A stretch of 62,803 nucleotides of DNA, the filler included, from Globobulimina sp. (taxonomy: Eukaryota): the NCBI GenBank assembly GCA_003354225.1. It is 42 parts of 42 records of this genome, joined end to end, with 100 filler letters (N's around TTAATTAATTAA, not from the genome) between each part and the next. Parts side by side here need not be neighbours in the genome. Positions count along the whole stretch, not along the records: positions 61,408 to 62,803 come from PIVH01017355.1; 41 more parts are not named here. The stretch is one strand, 5' to 3'. Position numbers and translations under genes: made by a program. Below the pieces are notes generated by a model. That model was not told where the DNA came from. It ran no database searches and saw nothing but the letters and a program-made list of their open reading frames with translations. Of the stretch, positions 61,408-62,803 are shown piece after piece (the stretch's first letter is position 1; each line of letters begins with the position of its first letter).

Positions 61408-62297
61408 CTATTTACAGGAGGCACTGAATATTTTAATTCAAGTTCAATTTATTATAATCAGGTAAAAAATATATTGAATACAATGCGTGAATATACCAAA
61501 CAAAACCCGACCAAAAGTATCCCACTTTGGTATGTTTATTTTATATAAACTACAATGTCATCATATATTAAAATAATATCATTAGGGCAACGTGTTTAGG
61601 ATTCCAAGCAGTGATTTGTGCGACATCTAAGACAGGTATACATTATAAAAACACTTATACACATATCCTTGCACAGAAACGAACTGTTTTTGGTAATATT
61701 TAAAGGAGCGGAAATATTGAAAAGTGGATATAATGTATATAACGTTCCGTTGCGTGTTAATTTTGCGGACTATGGTGAGATATCGAGAATGTTTGCTTCA
61801 ACAATGCCGTCTTCATACTCATCGTCAGTGTATAATAAAATGTTGACCGAAGCAATTACATGGAATGACCATTCGGGTGGCTTTGATCCGGCTGACTTTG
61901 AAAATGATGCGTATTTAGCGACGAATTTTTCGCTTATTGGCAATTCGTACGCTCCATTGAGCAGAAAGAATTTTGTAACATTGATTGAATCGCAAAGCAA
62001 GTTAGGATTAAATTGGTACGCTTCGCAGTTCCATCCAGAAAAGCCACAAGTTAATATTTTATATATATGCAGTTTACAGTTGCTACTGTTTTGTTGTTTT
62101 AGTATGAGTTTGCAACGCAAGGGATTCATGATTTAGATTCAGTTTTTGGAAATCAGTATTTGACGGAATTCTTTGTGAATGAATGCCGGATACATAATGA
62201 TATTGTGATGGATGAGGATACATTGAATAATATTGTCATATACAATGACAATCCGTATTTGGATAGCTTTTTTGAACAAATTTATTATTTTCCATAG
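61408..62297 (+). CDS. GGH: Gamma-glutamyl hydrolase (peptidase C26), three introns, 5'-truncated
   Basis: LFTGG, PLW|ATCLGFQ, QFHPEK|YEF, FFVNECR, EQIYYF. Confidence 0.92.
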
Positions 62298-62635
62298 AAT
62301 GTACGTCATTTAAGGGTGGGGTCATTATTTAATTCTGTCATTTATGGTTCTTTGTTGTGTACTTAAAACGGTCTTCGCCGGCATTATCATTGCTTTATTA
62401 AAGCTTTAATACGGTAATACCTACTCAGTCTCTACATGACAGTCAACTACAATCAAAGACTAACCAAATGTAACCAAAGAGGGGTTATCCAATGGAATAT
62501 TCCTTAAATCCTATTGAATGCATCCTCTAATACTCAAACCTAACTGAATATATATAGTGAGCTAGTCATCGGCATTTCTATGTTTCCACTGTTCCACTCA
62601 AGTTCTACTATATAACATTTAGTACTGCCACTGCC

Positions 62636-62803
62636 ATGACAGTCAACTACAATCAAAGACTAATGAAAGTCTGTAAAAAAGGAGATTTAAATAAGGGATT
62701 TGCTTTATTGGATGAAATGATGCAAAATAAGATTGAGTTGTCTCATTATAACTTCTCTGCGCTAATTCATGGTGCAATTAAAAGCAATCAGCCACAAAGA
62801 TAT
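62636..62803 (+). CDS. Pentatricopeptide-repeat fragment
   Basis: YN...K.GDLNKGFALLDEM....I....YNFSALIHG. Confidence 0.65.
   Translation, partial: MTVNYNQRLMKVCKKGDLNKGFALLDEMMQNKIELSHYNFSALIHGAIKSNQPQRY

Overview
This is not a continuous locus. It is a concatenation of 42 short contigs (about 1,396-1,399 bp, sorted by decreasing length) joined by an artificial N44-TTAATTAATTAA-N44 linker, so adjacency across a linker carries no information and ORFs running into X/'LIN' are truncated. Most contigs come from an AT-rich microbial eukaryote with short GT-AG introns (55-76 nt where I could map them) and tight gene spacing. The gene-family style is consistent with a foraminiferan/rhizarian; that is inference only. 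Recognisable eukaryotic genes: FAHD1, PSMB2, RPL19, DNAL4, SYS1, GGH, an LTA4H-like aminopeptidase, a CAMK/CDPK kinase, UNC-93, EamA, MATH, SPRY, ankyrin and PPR proteins. Two contigs are bacterial (a GNAT cluster; xseA, tRNA-Cys, tRNA-Gly, transaldolase). Mobile or viral pieces: a Copia integrase region, a LINE AP-endonuclease, a Polinton/adintovirus capsid module and a TA-flanked MITE. Highlights: (1) four members of an expanded ADP-ribosyltransferase-like family, the two with a visible core reading YHG-STT-EQE, and one fused to a PH domain; (2) three tandem ~70-nt RNA hairpins with compensatory changes in the leader of a putative LTR element; (3) a MITE carrying a tRNA-like gene, belonging to a dispersed tRNA-like family with intact acceptor, D and T arms but variable anticodon arms; (4) the Polinton/adintovirus penton-basic protein-hexon block. 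All calls are by eye; no searches were run.
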